From NCBI GenBank assembly GCA_001938485.1, contig MQRK01175730.1:44796-94102 (forward strand): a stretch of 49,307 bases of DNA. The letters run 5' to 3'. Positions within the stretch are counted from its first letter, which is position 1. The number at the start of each line of letters is the position of its first letter. Positions 24,252 through 37,269 of this stretch are shown here, in pieces. This stretch comes from Girardia tigrina (lineage: Eukaryota). Both the position numbers and the translations under genes were made by a program. The notes below the pieces were generated by a model that worked only from the letters and a program-made list of their open reading frames with translations, searched no databases and was not told the DNA's origin.

Positions 24252-25464
24252 ATGTCCCGTTCGTATTTAAACACCGAAATCGACTCAATGTTCGACAATG
24301 AAATCACAGACGTGAGAAACAATATATATATATTGATGTAACGAAATAAGTACATAATAATCCCGCAGGACGCATTACTTTCCGATAAACTTCTTTGCCA
24401 CAACGATTCACTTTCATTCACTTCCAACGAACTGCTTTGGGATTTGAATGATGACGATGACGACCACAACGACGTCTCGCAATTCTACGACTCAATAATC
24501 GACAAAACCAAAGATCAAATCGATTTCGATTATTTCAACGGTTATTTGAATAATTACAAGGGTGATTTTATTGTCAATAATTTCAGATTTCAGCTATTTG
24601 ACGGAAATGGCGACCGCGACAGTGACAGCGTGCTCGGACAAAGCGACAGTGAAGCAGGAGCCCGCCCAGTCGGACAGCGTGTCGAGCGCGTGCCTCACGG
24701 ACGACGGCAGCCCCTCGAGCAGCTCCACGAGCTCCCCGGTCGGCCGCAAGGTTCGCAAGATTCCCGACGACGAGCCCCACTCGTCCCCGCATCACAAGCG
24801 ATTNNNNNNNNNCGCCATCAAAATCGACCAAAATCAATCAATTATCAAGCGAGAATCGGTCGTCCAATCGCAGCCGTCCTCGAGGACCGTTTACAAACTA
24901 TCGAGCGCCGTGTCCAACGGCAATATCGGTAACAACAGCGCCGTCGGACGGCGAGATCATCCGATAATCATCGCCAATAACAACAGCAATAACAACTTCA
25001 ATCTCTACAATAACAGCAACAATCATCGATCGATCGTGAAAATCAATCGTCCGTCGTCGTGTCACGCGGGCGGAGTGCCGCTGATCGTCAGTGGAAGCGT
25101 CAAGAGCGTCAGTATTTCCAAATACCCGCCAGGTCCGCCTGCCGCCTCCAATTCTCATAATGCTCCGGTTGCTGTGCGGTATTCCTCGCCCCCGATGTCG
25201 ATGAATAATGACCCGATCGATTTCCTGGCGGGGGATTATTATGACGGCGAACTGGAGCTGTTCTCTGTCGGCAATAGCGCCAATAATAATAATAATAGCA
25301 ATAATAATAACGGTTGTAATAATAGCAATAGCAGCAGTTGTCATAGCAATAGCAATGGCGGAGAGTTTACGTTTTCCGGGAAAACGACGAGTCGCTCGTA
25401 TTCGTCATCGGGTCACCATAACAGTAATGGCGTGTTTAATAACGGCGCTCTGTTTCAAACACCG
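24252..25464 (+). CDS. 5' exons (acidic, Ser/Asn-rich region) probably of the CREB3-family gene
   Basis: Exons 24252-24311, 24369-24540 and 24587-25464 splice in frame through 57- and 46-nt GT-AG introns (MSRSYLNTEID..DALLSDKL..DFSYLTEM..VKQEP). The phase-0 donor at 25465 is compatible with the acceptor before 33050. Linkage to the bZIP exons is inferred. Confidence 0.7.
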
Positions 25465-25489
25465 GTCAGTCTTGATTTGCTTTTTCTCT

Positions 25490-27480
25490 CAATTAAATTA
25501 TTAAAATTATTATTAATTAAAATTATTAATTATTTAAAGAAAAAAATATTTGTGAAAATTTTTTTTCTGAATATAAAAATGCTCAGAAATAAATAATTAA
25601 TTGTTTTTAAAATTTTTTTGACAATTTTTGTGATATTTTTTAAATAATAGGAATTAATTAATTTTTTTTGATTTTTAATATTTTTTTCCATAAATATATT
25701 TTATTATCAGTTTTTTTAATTAGAAAAATGAAAAAAAGTATTTTATTTATTTTTTTATTTTTATTAATTTTTAAATAAAATTTGGTTAATTATTTAAAGA
25801 AAAAAATATCTGTGAATTTTTTTGATTTTTTACTAATTTTTTTCTGTATACGAAAATTTTAGGAAATAATTAATTAATTATTTTTAAAAATTATTATTGG
25901 ATTTTTAATATTTTTCTTAATTTATTTATTTATTTTCTTAATTTTTTTTTAAATAGAAGTATTTTATTGATTTTGTTTAAATAAAATTCGATTAATTATT
26001 TAAAGAAATAAAATACTCGTGAAAATTTTTTTTTCTGAATATAAAAATGCTCAGAAATAAATAATTAATTGTTTTTAAAAATTTTTTGACAATTTTTGTG
26101 ATATTTTTTAAATAATTGGAATTAATTAATTTTTTTGATTTTTAATATTTTTTTCCATAAATATATTTTATTATCAGTTTTTTTAATTAGAAAAATGAAA
26201 AAAAAGTATTTTATTTATTTTTTTATTTTTATTAATTTTTAAATAAAATTTGGTTAATTATTTAAAAAAAAATATTTGTGAAATTTTTAGATTTTTTTTA
26301 CTATTTTTTCCGTATACGAAAATGTTATGAAATAATTAATTAATTATTTTTAAAAATTATTATTGGATTTTTAATATTTTTATGGTTTTTAATTTTTTTG
26401 TTTTATTTTTTTTCTATAATTATATATTTTATTATCAGTTTTTTTAAATAGAAAAATGACAGAAGTATTTTATTGATTTTTTTAATTAATTGTTTTAAAA
26501 AATTAATATTATTTTTGGCATTTTTCAAAAAATTTTTTGACAGTTTTTGTGATATTTTTAAATAATAGTATTAAATAATTATTTATTATTTTTAAATAAT
26601 AGGAATTAATTAATTTTTTTGATTTTTAATTTTTAATATTTTTTTCCATAAATATATTTTATTATCAGTTTTTTTAATTAGAAAAATGAAAAAGTATTTT
26701 ATTTATTTTTTTAAATAGATTTTTTTTATTTTTAATAATTTTTAAATAAAATTTGGTTAATTATTTAAAGAAAAATATTTGTGAAATTTTTAGATTTTTT
26801 ACTATTTTTCCGTATACGAAAATATGAAATAATTAATTAATTGTTTTTAAAAATTAATATATTTTTAGGCGTTTTTCAAAAAACTATTTTAACAGTTTTT
26901 GTGATATTTCTGTTATTTTTTTCAAAAAATATATTTTAATTATTTTTTTATTTTTCTAAAAGTATTTTTATTGTTTTTCTGATATTTTTTGTGTTTTTAT
27001 TTTTTATTGTTAATTTTTTTAATTAGAAAAATGAAAAGAACTATTTTTTTAATAATAAGAATTAAATAATTATTCTTTTTAAAAACTATTATTAGTTTCT
27101 TTATTTTTAATATTTTTCAAAAAATATTTTTATTATTTTTTTTAAAAAAAATATATTTATAATTTTGTTGTCTAAAACATTTAAAAAAATTCTTTTAATA
27201 AATATTTTTTTTATTTTAATTAATTTTTAAATAAAAGTCGGTTAATTATTTAAAAAAATAATTAATTGTTTTTAAAAGTTATTAATTTTTTGGCATTTTT
27301 CAAATTATATTTTAACAATTTTTGTGTTTATTTTTCTCTATTAATATATTTTCTTAATTTTTTAAAATATTATTCTATCTTTAACACTTTGAAAAAGAAT
27401 TATCAATAAATATTTTTATTTTAATTAATTTTTAATTAAAAATTCGGTTTTATTCATGTAAAAAATACTCGTGAAATTTG
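25490..27480. repeat. Extremely AT-rich intronic tandem/mosaic repeat (about 470-bp unit)
   Basis: GTGAAAATTTTTTTTCTGAATATAAAAATGCTCAGAAATAA occurs at about 25552 and 26019, with further partial copies out to about 27480. Confidence 0.8.
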
Positions 27481-28499
27481 TAGATGAAAAACAATAATTA
27501 GATAATAAATAATCAATGCACCACATTTTTAATTCAACAAAAATAGATGAAATAGCAATGATCCACTGGAAAATTCTGCCAATTACTTTAAAAAACAATA
27601 TAAAAATCCGAGCACATCTGATAGAAATAAAGAGATTTCACGCTGACAATGATAATCTGTTGCTCTTTGTGATAAAACCCATGAAAAACTGTGCTATAAA
27701 ATCGCGATCAATCAATCACAGAACAATGAGGACATTTTAGAGAATATATCTGACCGATTTTAGGAGTAAAGAAATATTAGGATAAAGAAATAATCGATCT
27801 AACGAAGAAGATTATAAAATCATGTAAAATGGCGTCGAATGAAAGCGGTTGTATTTAATCGGCCCTTGTTCCAGAGATCCACGAGACTGGGTTTTAAAAT
27901 TACAGAAGAAGTTACAATTATTTCAAGTGATACCGAAAGAAATTTTCGTCTGATTATTCGACACTTTATTCAGTTCTTCTTCCAGTGTGTCATAAATAGT
28001 GAAATGGTCATAATTCAACAACAGTTAATCGTGGAAGAATGATTCAACAGCGGACTTGGTGATTCCTCCATAAATAATCCCCATCAAGCTGTGACGTCCG
28101 TAAAGAAGATCAAATAAACCTGTGAAAAGAAAAAGAGTAAAAGAAAAGAGAAAAACTCTAAACGACACTTCCAGACAAAGATCTTCCTTGAATCAATCAT
28201 GTAAATCAGCGATTCTCAAACAGCGCCGGGTCGCTTTCATTTGATGCCCTTTTATAGAGACTTTAATATTAAAGATATTTCAGTTGCTGGAATCAAAATC
28301 TGGGAAACCAAACTATGCACACCACTGATAAATGGGCATCTTGATCAGAAATTGGAAAACATTTCGATTGGCTTTCTTCCAAGTTTTAAAAAATTCGAAT
28401 TTAAATTTTAAGACTCTTAAAATAGAATTTTAAAATTGTGGGTCTCCCGTCTCTTCCGAATGATATTGAGCCTCTGGGGTCTTTTGAGGGTCCACCCAA

Positions 28500-29000
28500 A
28501 GTAAAGAATCACATACCTTTTAATCGCATACCTTTGGCTGTATTTGTGGACTTCGTACATCCGCGAAAGGGACATCTGAACTCTCTTCTAGCAGTTAGAT
28601 CTGCAATCCTAAAAGTCAGATGTGTTTCTTCAGTATCTATCGCTTCCTCCACAGCCGTCGAGATAGTCGGGGATTCCGTTGATGTTTTCTACCACTCTTT
28701 CTTCTGTGTTATTTGTTGTACTTGTTTGCGCTGGTGTCATAGTCAAATTTTCATAGTTCAAATTTCTTCTGTCTCCTCCAATTATGATCCAGGTAGAGGT
28801 GCCTGGTCAGCCACACCTTCGTTTTGTACGACTTTTTACAGTGTACATGTGAATAGTAATTGCTGTTGCTGTGTGTCGTTGGGCTGATCAAGATTAGCAG
28901 AAGTGGACACCGCGTGATCCCTTTTCATTTGTCTGTTCAGCTCCTTTTCGGTAAACTCCTTGTATCATCTTTCTACTGGACATTGGTGACGTTTGTCTCT
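28500..29000 (-). pseudogene. Decayed triple C2H2 zinc-finger fragment, possibly the N-terminus of an RLE-type non-LTR retrotransposon
   Basis: QCPVER*YKEFTEKELNRQMKRDH (about 28985-28915), FTC..KKSYKTKVWLTRHLYLDH (about 28853-28783) and FRCPFRGCTKSTNTAKGMR (about 28580-28525). Confidence 0.5.
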
Positions 29001-29542
29001 CGTTGATCAGCTTCGGCACAGTTGTTCTTGTCCTATTGAGTCTTCCTGATTGAATTAAGGAGTTTATGTATGTTCCCCTTGATACAGTAGGGTCTCTGTG
29101 AATGATGCTGTTAATGAGACCTCCATACACCGCATCATCCCCAAATAGCCACTGTATGTGTATGAAGACATTTCGAGATTGATTGCTTCTTTCTGCCACT
29201 GATATCACATTATCACTATATTACGAATTGTCGAAATCAAAATTCGAATTAACTCTTTGAGTTTTAATGCTTAATAACCTTTTCTTTTTAATACTCTGTA
29301 TATTGAAACATTTAGTGTAAATATTAATGCGAAAATCGGAAAATCAATCATGTAGGGGTCGCGAAATCATCAGCCATTACTTAATCGATATGGATAAACT
29401 CTAATGTGAATCATAGGTCCCAATTATGAAAATTAATAACTTGTCATTTTTCGAATTAGATCCGTTCACGTGACGACAGATTTTGACCCGTCTCTCCGTA
29501 TAAACGCAACCGATAATTAATTACACCTAATTCTGTTTTTAC

Positions 29543-30875
29543 TAGAGAGCGACGCATCGTATCGTACATCGTTAAACAATGCACCGGAAGAATAACAGTA
29601 AAATATAAAACAGCTCGATTCCAATCCAAAATTTTATTTGGTCATTGATATTTGATATTGTGCTACAATAATGTCAATGAAAATTTACAGAAAAGAAAAC
29701 AAGAAAATGTCTAGAAGCGAAGATGTATCGTTAATCGAACAAAGATTTACCTGATCGATTTACCATGTGTTATATAAAAATATTATATAAAATGGTATAA
29801 AATTATTTACAAGGGGCGTTCCGAAAGTAAGTGGAAAAAAGTGAGACGACACCACAAGAAAGCATTTATTGAAGGAATATAATGTCATTCAGACAGGCCT
29901 GTCATCTCCGCCCACTCGCGAATGGTAAGGCAGCGATTTGCATTGATGGTCTCCGACACTTTCCACATTTTCTACCGTGCTCGTCGTTGCTGGACGTCCA
30001 CTCCTGTCCGCGTCGTCCAAGGATTCACATCCATTTTCGAATTGATGCACCCAATTGTAGACGACAGACTTTTGCAGGGCTCTTCCTTGAAGCACATTTG
30101 ATAAGCGGCGCACAATGTCAGACACTGGAGTATCCTCTTTCCAAAGGAAAAAGATGATGGCACGCTGAGAACGTACTGCGTCTTCCGTGTGTTAAACAAA
30201 AATGAAAACGCTGCCTATGACAGTTTCCTCTATGCTGCTCACATGTTGCATGGACCAATGCCACTTTTGCTCGATTTCTATTGGCTGGTAAGTACATCAC
30301 GCCATCTGTCCCTCTGTAAGATGCACACTCACGCGTACACCCGCATATAAGTATTTCCACTTACTTTCGGAACGCCCCTCGTACATTACTTGATTTTTGG
30401 ATTTCCGATTATGTTACTTACTGTTACATTCAAACCCTCACCTTTGTTATCTAACATATAATAAAATCACACCTCTGTTCACATATACAACCGCTCAACG
30501 ATATAAATACTACAAAAAATATTATCACAAATTCGCGATGAAATTTACTAGAAAAAATATTGAGTATTATCGTGTCGTGATTCGAATTTTGACGATTTGA
30601 TTTTAAAATTCGATTTTTAAAATATAAAAAAACAGACTTATTTATTTTGATGTTAAAAAAATTCTATTATAAAACATATTTTCGAATATATGTGGTGTCA
30701 GGAGAACAAATTTTTCAGCATCCAAAGTTGAAACACTTGTTTATATAAAAGACAACTTAAGACAGATGAAGAAAATGAATGATGTGCCTGTTATAGTTTG
30801 ATTCCATTTTCCAATGCCTCGTTTAATGATGAATGTTTTTCAACTCATCGTTAAACGATACATCGTCGCTCCCTA
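29543..30875 (+). mobile_element. Non-autonomous hAT element
   Basis: Perfect 8-bp TSD GTTTTTAC. TIRs TAGAGAGCGACG / CGTCGCTCCCTA. hAT C-terminal remnant RRTNFSASKVETLVYIKDNL near 30700. Confidence 0.88.
29810..30381 (-). mobile_element. Internally deleted mariner (572 bp) nested in the hAT element
   Basis: TIRs C(A/G)AGGGGCGTTCCGAAAGTAAGTGGAAA with TA TSD. HTH remnant VYNWVHQFENGCESLDDADRSGRP. Confidence 0.9.
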
Positions 30876-33049
30876 GTTTTTACACACGATAGATACGTTC
30901 CAGAAGAATTCGTGTCGAGGAAAATCGTGTAAAAACAGATATTCATAGAAAAAAATCCAATTGAACTAATTCCAGGAAATTCTTTTTCAAATTGTGCAAA
31001 TTTTTTCCTTACAATTTTAAAGCAATTGAAATTTTCAAAATTTTGATCGTTTGGATCGTGTTATTTTCAAAGAAAAGTAATGTAAAATACAATTATAATA
31101 TAAACCATCGATAATCAATGTCACTTCAAAATCACAGCCCTTGCTGCAGCAAATCGCAACAGTCTCATTCTCTTCTTACTTTTTTTGTCTTCTTTGTACT
31201 TTTATTCGCGAATTATTAAAACTTCATCGGATAAAGCACGATAGAAAGAACGGTTTCGTCAAGAGATAATTTAATATTGAACAGTTTCCGTCCAATTCGA
31301 AACTATCTCTCGATCATTATATCCAGTTTTTCCTCGAGACAACCCTCACGAAAATATTTAAAACTATTGTTAATACACTAATAGAGATAATACCTTCCTG
31401 CTGACACTATTTATATACGGGAGCGCCAATGAAGGCAGAACTGATCCAGTATCACCTATGTAAGAAAGAGTTCCTCTGCACTCACAATTAATCTATCAGA
31501 CACAAAATAAACCATAGCAGTTTTAAAAGTACAAAAAAAACAATTTAAATCTTTTTGATCGAGCTTTTCCAACAACCAAGTCACTGTACTTATTGTTGGA
31601 ATTGTATTTTCCAGGACTTTCTGTTAATGAAAGATTATTGATTTAAACTTGCAAAATATTAATTTATAAAAAAATATTCTTTAGAACAAGTGTAAGACAA
31701 AAGTTAAAATAAATATTTTCGAAAAATTTCAATCGATTTCGTCTTTATTATTTCAATAGTTGTCAATTATAATTTCGATTATCGGATGGAAAAAATTGTT
31801 TCGTTTTTTTTGTCAAAAGAAAGCGAAACAATCAAATCAATAAATCGTCGTTATTGTCAATGTTTAAGCGCACACTATCGATAATTATGCATTCGCTCGT
31901 GTTGTGTGTGTGTGCATGCATTCGGTTGTAAATCGTGTTTGTTCTAGCGGCGCATGTATCGATCAAATGTCTCTGCTTGTGCATTATCGCATCGACAAAT
32001 TATCGATTATTAGCATATTACATCAGCCACTAATGATGATTGTGCTGCAACACTCGCGCGTGTGCGGTGTCTGCCAGTCACTCACTCGCTCGCTCGATGC
32101 CCCTCGTTACTCACACCACCACCTCACTCATCTACTTGCATCTTCCTGTTCATACAGATCAATACTTTGTGCCATTATAAAATATCACTGCTACATTTCT
32201 TATTTATTTAGTCCCTGCAATTTATTTTCCTACACCTACGCATTTTGTGGGACGTTCATAATTTGTTGTCTGTCCTTCGGTTAGGTTTTCTATTCGTTCT
32301 TCCATCCAGCCAATTAGCGATTGATCTCGACATTTACTGATTATTTACTATTATTACTTGTATTTCTTCTGGACAATTATCGCTCCAATATCGTAGAACA
32401 GAAACGTGCTTATGTGCATGTGTGTATGCATGTTTGATGCTTGTTTTATCAAGAAATCTAATGTCATTATGTCAGAGAGAGAGAGCACGCTTCAAATGCT
32501 TCTCGATCTCACGTGTGTCGTAGAAATGGCGTGATTGTGTGTGCGTGTGTCTGTGGATATGGAAGTGTGTATCTGTGTAATTGAAGTGGTTCTATGAAGC
32601 AACTGTGGTGCAATGATACGCATGAATCTTGCTTCAATAAAGTACGATTGTTGGTTGGAAATGTTTCTTCAGCAGAATTTCTGTAAACACGCGTGTGTGT
32701 GTGCTTCAATCGCTTGATTATTTTGTTCTTTCATACAATTTGTAGAGAATTATTTCTCTCTGTAATCTGATCAAATTAAAAATGAAACACTTGATAGTTA
32801 TATGAAAGAAAAAAATGTGCATTTGTTGTTCTAAACAAATAAATATCGTAGCGATTGTGATCTCACAGTCGTTTAATAAATTTAATGTTACAATAATTAT
32901 ACATGTAATAATGCCTAATCTAATCTGCATAAATCCAATTGCAAATGAACATTTTATTGACATTTTATCGATCGTAATCTTTGCTCTTCAAAGTGGTCTC
33001 TACATTCATATCTTGTTTTGAACTTCGACCACCTTCTATCTCACCTTAG

Positions 33050-33950
33050 CATTCTTGTGCTGAAATGTCGTCAGATATCACCGGGCATTCGAGAATGACA
33101 AAGATGTCTCGAAATAATATTCCGTTTGTAAAAATTCACATAGAAATTTGTTTACATAATCTTGTTTTCTTTCAATATACCTTTAATAGTATTATTAATT
33201 AATCCTCTTGACATCTCAGATTCCCCAATCAGGAACTCTCTATCTCACAGAAGAAGAGAGAAAGACCCTCATCCAAGAAAATTATCCCATTCCCACCCGA
33301 GTTCCTTTAACCAAACAAGAAGAACGGAACTTGAAAAAAGTTCGAAGAAAAATCAAAAATAAACTCAGTGCTCAAGAAAGTCGGCGGAAAAAGAAAGAAT
33401 ATGTCGATGCTTTAGAGAAAAAGTGCGGTGTTTTGAAAATTTCTTTCAGAAGAATACGTTTATTTAAAACCACATTTTCAAATTCAGAGTCGAAGCCTAT
33501 GAACAAGAACGAATTGAAAACAAAAGACGAATAGAAGCATTGGAAAACCAACAAAGAAGTCTTCAAAATCAAATCCGTCATTATCAGAATCAATATGCGC
33601 ATAAAATCACAGGGACCGGTAACACGACCTCGACCGGGTTAATGTTATTCATGATTTGTTTTGCTCTCCTTCTCGTCGGGGGCAGCGTCCCGTCTTCCTA
33701 TCGCAAGATGAACCCCCCTCAGTCGAGTCTTATATCAAGCGCATCACTCTATTACGTAAGATCATATACACCGCCCTTAGTAACGATAGTTTTTTTGTCA
33801 CGACAGATGGGTTATGGACCGTCTCGAAGTATTATCAATGATTCCCAGAATTCCATCCACCATGACAACACAAGAGTCAAACCTCCGAATCATCTCATTG
33901 ATCAACGGATGCCTTCGAACACCGATACAATCATTCCTCGTAAGTGTTGA
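33050..33950 (+). CDS. CREB3L: CREB3/OASIS/CrebA-family membrane-bound bZIP transcription factor (bZIP, TM and luminal exons)
   Basis: [62 protein letters not shown]|VEAY.. leucine zipper; [21 protein letters not shown]; S1P-like SRSII. Exons about 33050-33127, 33220-33422, 33488-33755 and 33807-33950. A possible donor at 33940 makes the true 3' end uncertain. Confidence 0.93.
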
Positions 33951-34182
33951 CAATCTTGATTTATCATTATTATGCGTCATATAAATATAATGACACACGC
34001 GCTTATATGTATAAGTATACATAATCAATCAATACTTCTGATATAATCGGTCTAAAGTGTAACGATTATCGAATATAAACAGCACTAAATCGACTTATCA
34101 CCGATAATTAACATTCATTTGATGGTCATAGGTTGTATTAACTACTGTTGTATTATTATGATTATAATCAATAATTGAACTA

Positions 34183-34505
34183 CAATAAAGTTCCTCTTAA
34201 CCGCCAAAAACAAGACCTGACTAAAATTTGGCGGTTCATAGAAACTAAGGAATAAAATAAAGACGCTGGGAAGTCGACACACCGCCCTCTATTAATCGCC
34301 TGAAAATTCTGATTCTTCTCAATTTCACATAGAAAGTTTCTGTCAGCCGCCAATTTCTATTAACCGCCATTTAAAAAAAACAAATGGTTAAGGCTGGTTT
34401 CCAACCTTTTTGTAATAAGAGTCGAAGCCTATGAACAAGAACCAATTGAAAACATTAGACGCGCCCCACAGGTTTGAAACCACTGGGTTAAGAGGAACTT
34501 GACTG
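34183..34505. mobile_element. pogo/Tigger-type MITE with a nested hAT MITE; a related partial copy lies at about 34585-34686
   Basis: TA-CAATAAAGTTCCTCTTAACC ... GGTTAAGAGGAACTTGACTG-TA. Confidence 0.7.
34394..34485. mobile_element. hAT-type MITE carrying a 37-bp copy of the neighbouring CREB3 exon
   Basis: Ends TGGTTTCCAACCT / AGGTTTGAAACCACTG with an imperfect 8-bp TSD GGTTAAG(G/A). Confidence 0.6.
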
Positions 34506-34779
34506 TAATAATTGTCTCGATCCGCGATCAGTGTTTCCATCAATCTCACACATACAATCATCATTCAACGAGCTCCGCGTGACTGTTTAAAAATGGCGGT
34601 TAACAAGAATTGGAGGCTGATAAAAACTTTCTATGTGAAATTGAGAAAATCAGAATTTTTGGGCGGTTAAGAAGAACTTTACTGTATTGATATTTTATAT
34701 TGAGTTCAGTTTCGATTTAAATTTTGAGTAATTTCTCGGAATAGACCGTTAAATTACAGTAGAAAAATTCACAAGTAAA

Positions 34780-35205
34780 GTTTGAGAGATTAAGAGAGAA
34801 TCGTAGATTGAATTGATGGCCTATAAAACAATCAAATCTTTCTTCACCAAAGCTTTTTATAATACTCAAATTCATGTATTTTCTCCACGACAAATAATCT
34901 ATTTCATTAGAAATGATTATTTATTTTCGATATAAAATGAGAAAAAAATTGAAGTAAGTTCTGTAAAAATTTTTAAAATGTATTGTATATTCAGAATCAA
35001 CGTAAAAAATGTTTAAAATGAATATAATTTCAACAAGAAACCTTATTTCCGGTTTGAGATATTAAAGAGAATTGAAGATTAAATCGATGACCTTTCTCTA
35101 ACATTCAACTCTTTCTCACCAAAACATTTTATAATACGGAGATTCAAGTATTTTCGTCATGTCAAATAATCTATTTCATTAGAAATGATTACTTATATTC
35201 GATAT
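34780..35205. repeat. Diverged tandem duplication (about 270-bp offset)
   Basis: CAAATAATCTATTTCATTAGAAATGATTA occurs at about 34891 and 35163, with similar upstream sequence. Confidence 0.7.
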
Positions 35206-35232
35206 ACTCGAAGCGTTTAATATTATTACTTA

Positions 35233-35878
35233 CAGGGTCGGCCAAATTAGTGATAGAGAAAATTGAAAAACCAAGATAGAAATATTATAATTCAATACAA
35301 GCAAGAGCCACCACGATTTTTATGATCATTCGAATACGTTGGAGCATTGACGACACCTGTGCTTTCTTGATGATTTTTGCATGTGTTAATCCACTGCCAT
35401 ATCGATATACCTTGTTCTTTAACAATGACCAGAAGTTTTCAATGACATTGACATCCGGCGCATTAGCATTTCCATTGTGTCGACTTCTTCACGAGCCAGA
35501 AAGTTGCAAGTTATTTTTGACGTGGATAAACTGATCATCTGTCAACAAATGGGATTATCACAAACATGCACGCTCTATAAAACACTCACTAACTCATCCT
35601 TATGCAAAGTGACAAACTCTTTTCTACTGTACAAAAAGATCAAAGTACAACACACGGTAATGAGATACTCATGATACTTCTTTCTGTTTCTCATAAATTG
35701 GTGGTTAACAGACACTAAGGAATAAAATACTTCATTCCAGAGTGGGGGGCAGTCTCAACACAACACCAGTATTATTGCAATTACAATTATCTACTGAATT
35801 TCATTGATGTCGGTATGCTTCTTCAGATTTTTGTACTCTATTGTATTATATGTGGAATCACAAATGTAGCCGACCTTG
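35233..35878 (-). mobile_element. Deleted Tc1-family element
   Basis: TA-CAGGGTCGGCCA ... TAGCCGACCTTG-TA. Remnant NAPDVNVIENFWSLLKNKVY resembles SPDLNPIENLW. Confidence 0.8.
35738..35823. repeat. 86-bp dispersed repeat; second copy at about 39787-39872
   Basis: CAGAGTGGGGG(G)CAGTCTCAACACAACACCAGTATT..GTCGGTATGCTTCTTC is near-identical at both sites. Confidence 0.85.
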
Positions 35879-36230
35879 TATAAGGAAGTGTCTCACCCTA
35901 AACTCGGATTTCTTGGTGGAACTATATTCATGATATACATTTTCCCCTTTATTTTATATACTTGCTTTCGTGTCATCTTGTCCCGTGTCCCGTGAAATTT
36001 TCAGGGTAGTTGTATTTTGCTATAATGTATCGATCGAACGATCTTTCCAAATCATCTGTCACCACTCGATCAAACAAAAATTAACAAAACAAATTATATC
36101 ACAATTTTTATCTCACCAATCGATAAAAATCGACAAATAAAAATCGTTTCTAGTGCACTCAATAGAAAGAAGGGTTCTTAAATTGTTTTTTTAAATGTAT
36201 TATTTACTTAGATTCCAAATATACAATACT

Positions 36231-36279
36231 TTTTACGAGACGCGTTTCGTTTTCCAATTACTGTTATTCAACTGTAAAA
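36231..36279 (-). ncRNA. Degenerate minimal type I hammerhead ribozyme motif (Penelope pLTR-type)
   Basis: The minus strand reads TTTTACAG-TTGAATA-..-GAAACGCGTC-TCGTAAAA. It has the palindromic stem III and stem I pairing, but the CUGANGA box is mutated. Confidence 0.45.
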
Positions 36280-37269
36280 TTTGAAGTAAATTCTGACGTA
36301 AAAAGTTTTAAAATTTCAACTTTGATAATCAATAACTTTTGAACGGAACATATGCTAGGAAATGTATTTTATTTTCAGAATCAACGTAAAAAAATCTTCC
36401 TTTCATTAGACATTACTCGTCCATTAACTTTCGAATGGTTATTAAACCTAGACCCCTATTCAATTCTCCAACCGCATGACTGTACTTGGAAATTGCATTA
36501 CATAAATTGGGAATAAATAAGAAAACAGCGGAAGTTTCTGTGCTGATTCCATATGGTATCGTTAGGAACGAAGTGGTTGATGAATTAATTCAAAAATCTC
36601 GTTCAATCTTAAATTTATTCCTCTATTGATTCATTTCCTAAACGAAGAATTTGTTTCCTCATCAAATAATTTTATCTTTGGGATAGTTAATGAATGATTA
36701 AATATTTGTTTTAATTATTTTATAATACAAAATCCTTTTCTTTCAACACAGATTTATAAATCACCACGCCCGGCATCAGAGGTGTATTGTTACAACTTTT
36801 GTAATGTATTAATAAATTATTCTTTTCAGCCGAAATTGTATATTTTTATCGCCTACTGTGTAAGAAAAGGAATTTTATTCTAATAGTGTTTTATTAAGCA
36901 ATTTGAGTCTTAATGGATCATACTCGTTGTCTTTCTCCAAAGATTTCTTGCACTAATAAATCGTTGATTTCTCTTCGGACTCATTTCCTCCAGCCTAAGT
37001 CGAAAATACTAAAATTTTCAGAAACCTCAATAGCTGAGAAATGATCATGAATTTCAGAACCTTTAAACATTTTTAAATCGCCGCAGAGCTCATCAACTTT
37101 CTAGGTAAAAGATTCAGAAAATCGCCAGTTAAACCATTAGGAAACGCCATATGATGATCGAAGTAAAATACCTCTTCGATGCAGATCTAAAAAATCGACA
37201 AATAAAAATCGTTTCTAGTGCACTCAATAGAAAGAAGGGTTCTTAAATTGTTTTTTTTGATCACAAAGT

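Noticed and set aside
24583-25344. Minus-strand ORFs over the CREB3 5' exons
   Set aside because: Shadow ORFs of a GC-richer, Asn/Ser-rich exon; the splice signals support the plus strand.
36126-37258. About 65-bp exact duplicate at 36126 and 37190 considered as LTRs
   Set aside because: No TG/CA ends, PBS, PPT or coding sequence between them; more likely a local duplication.
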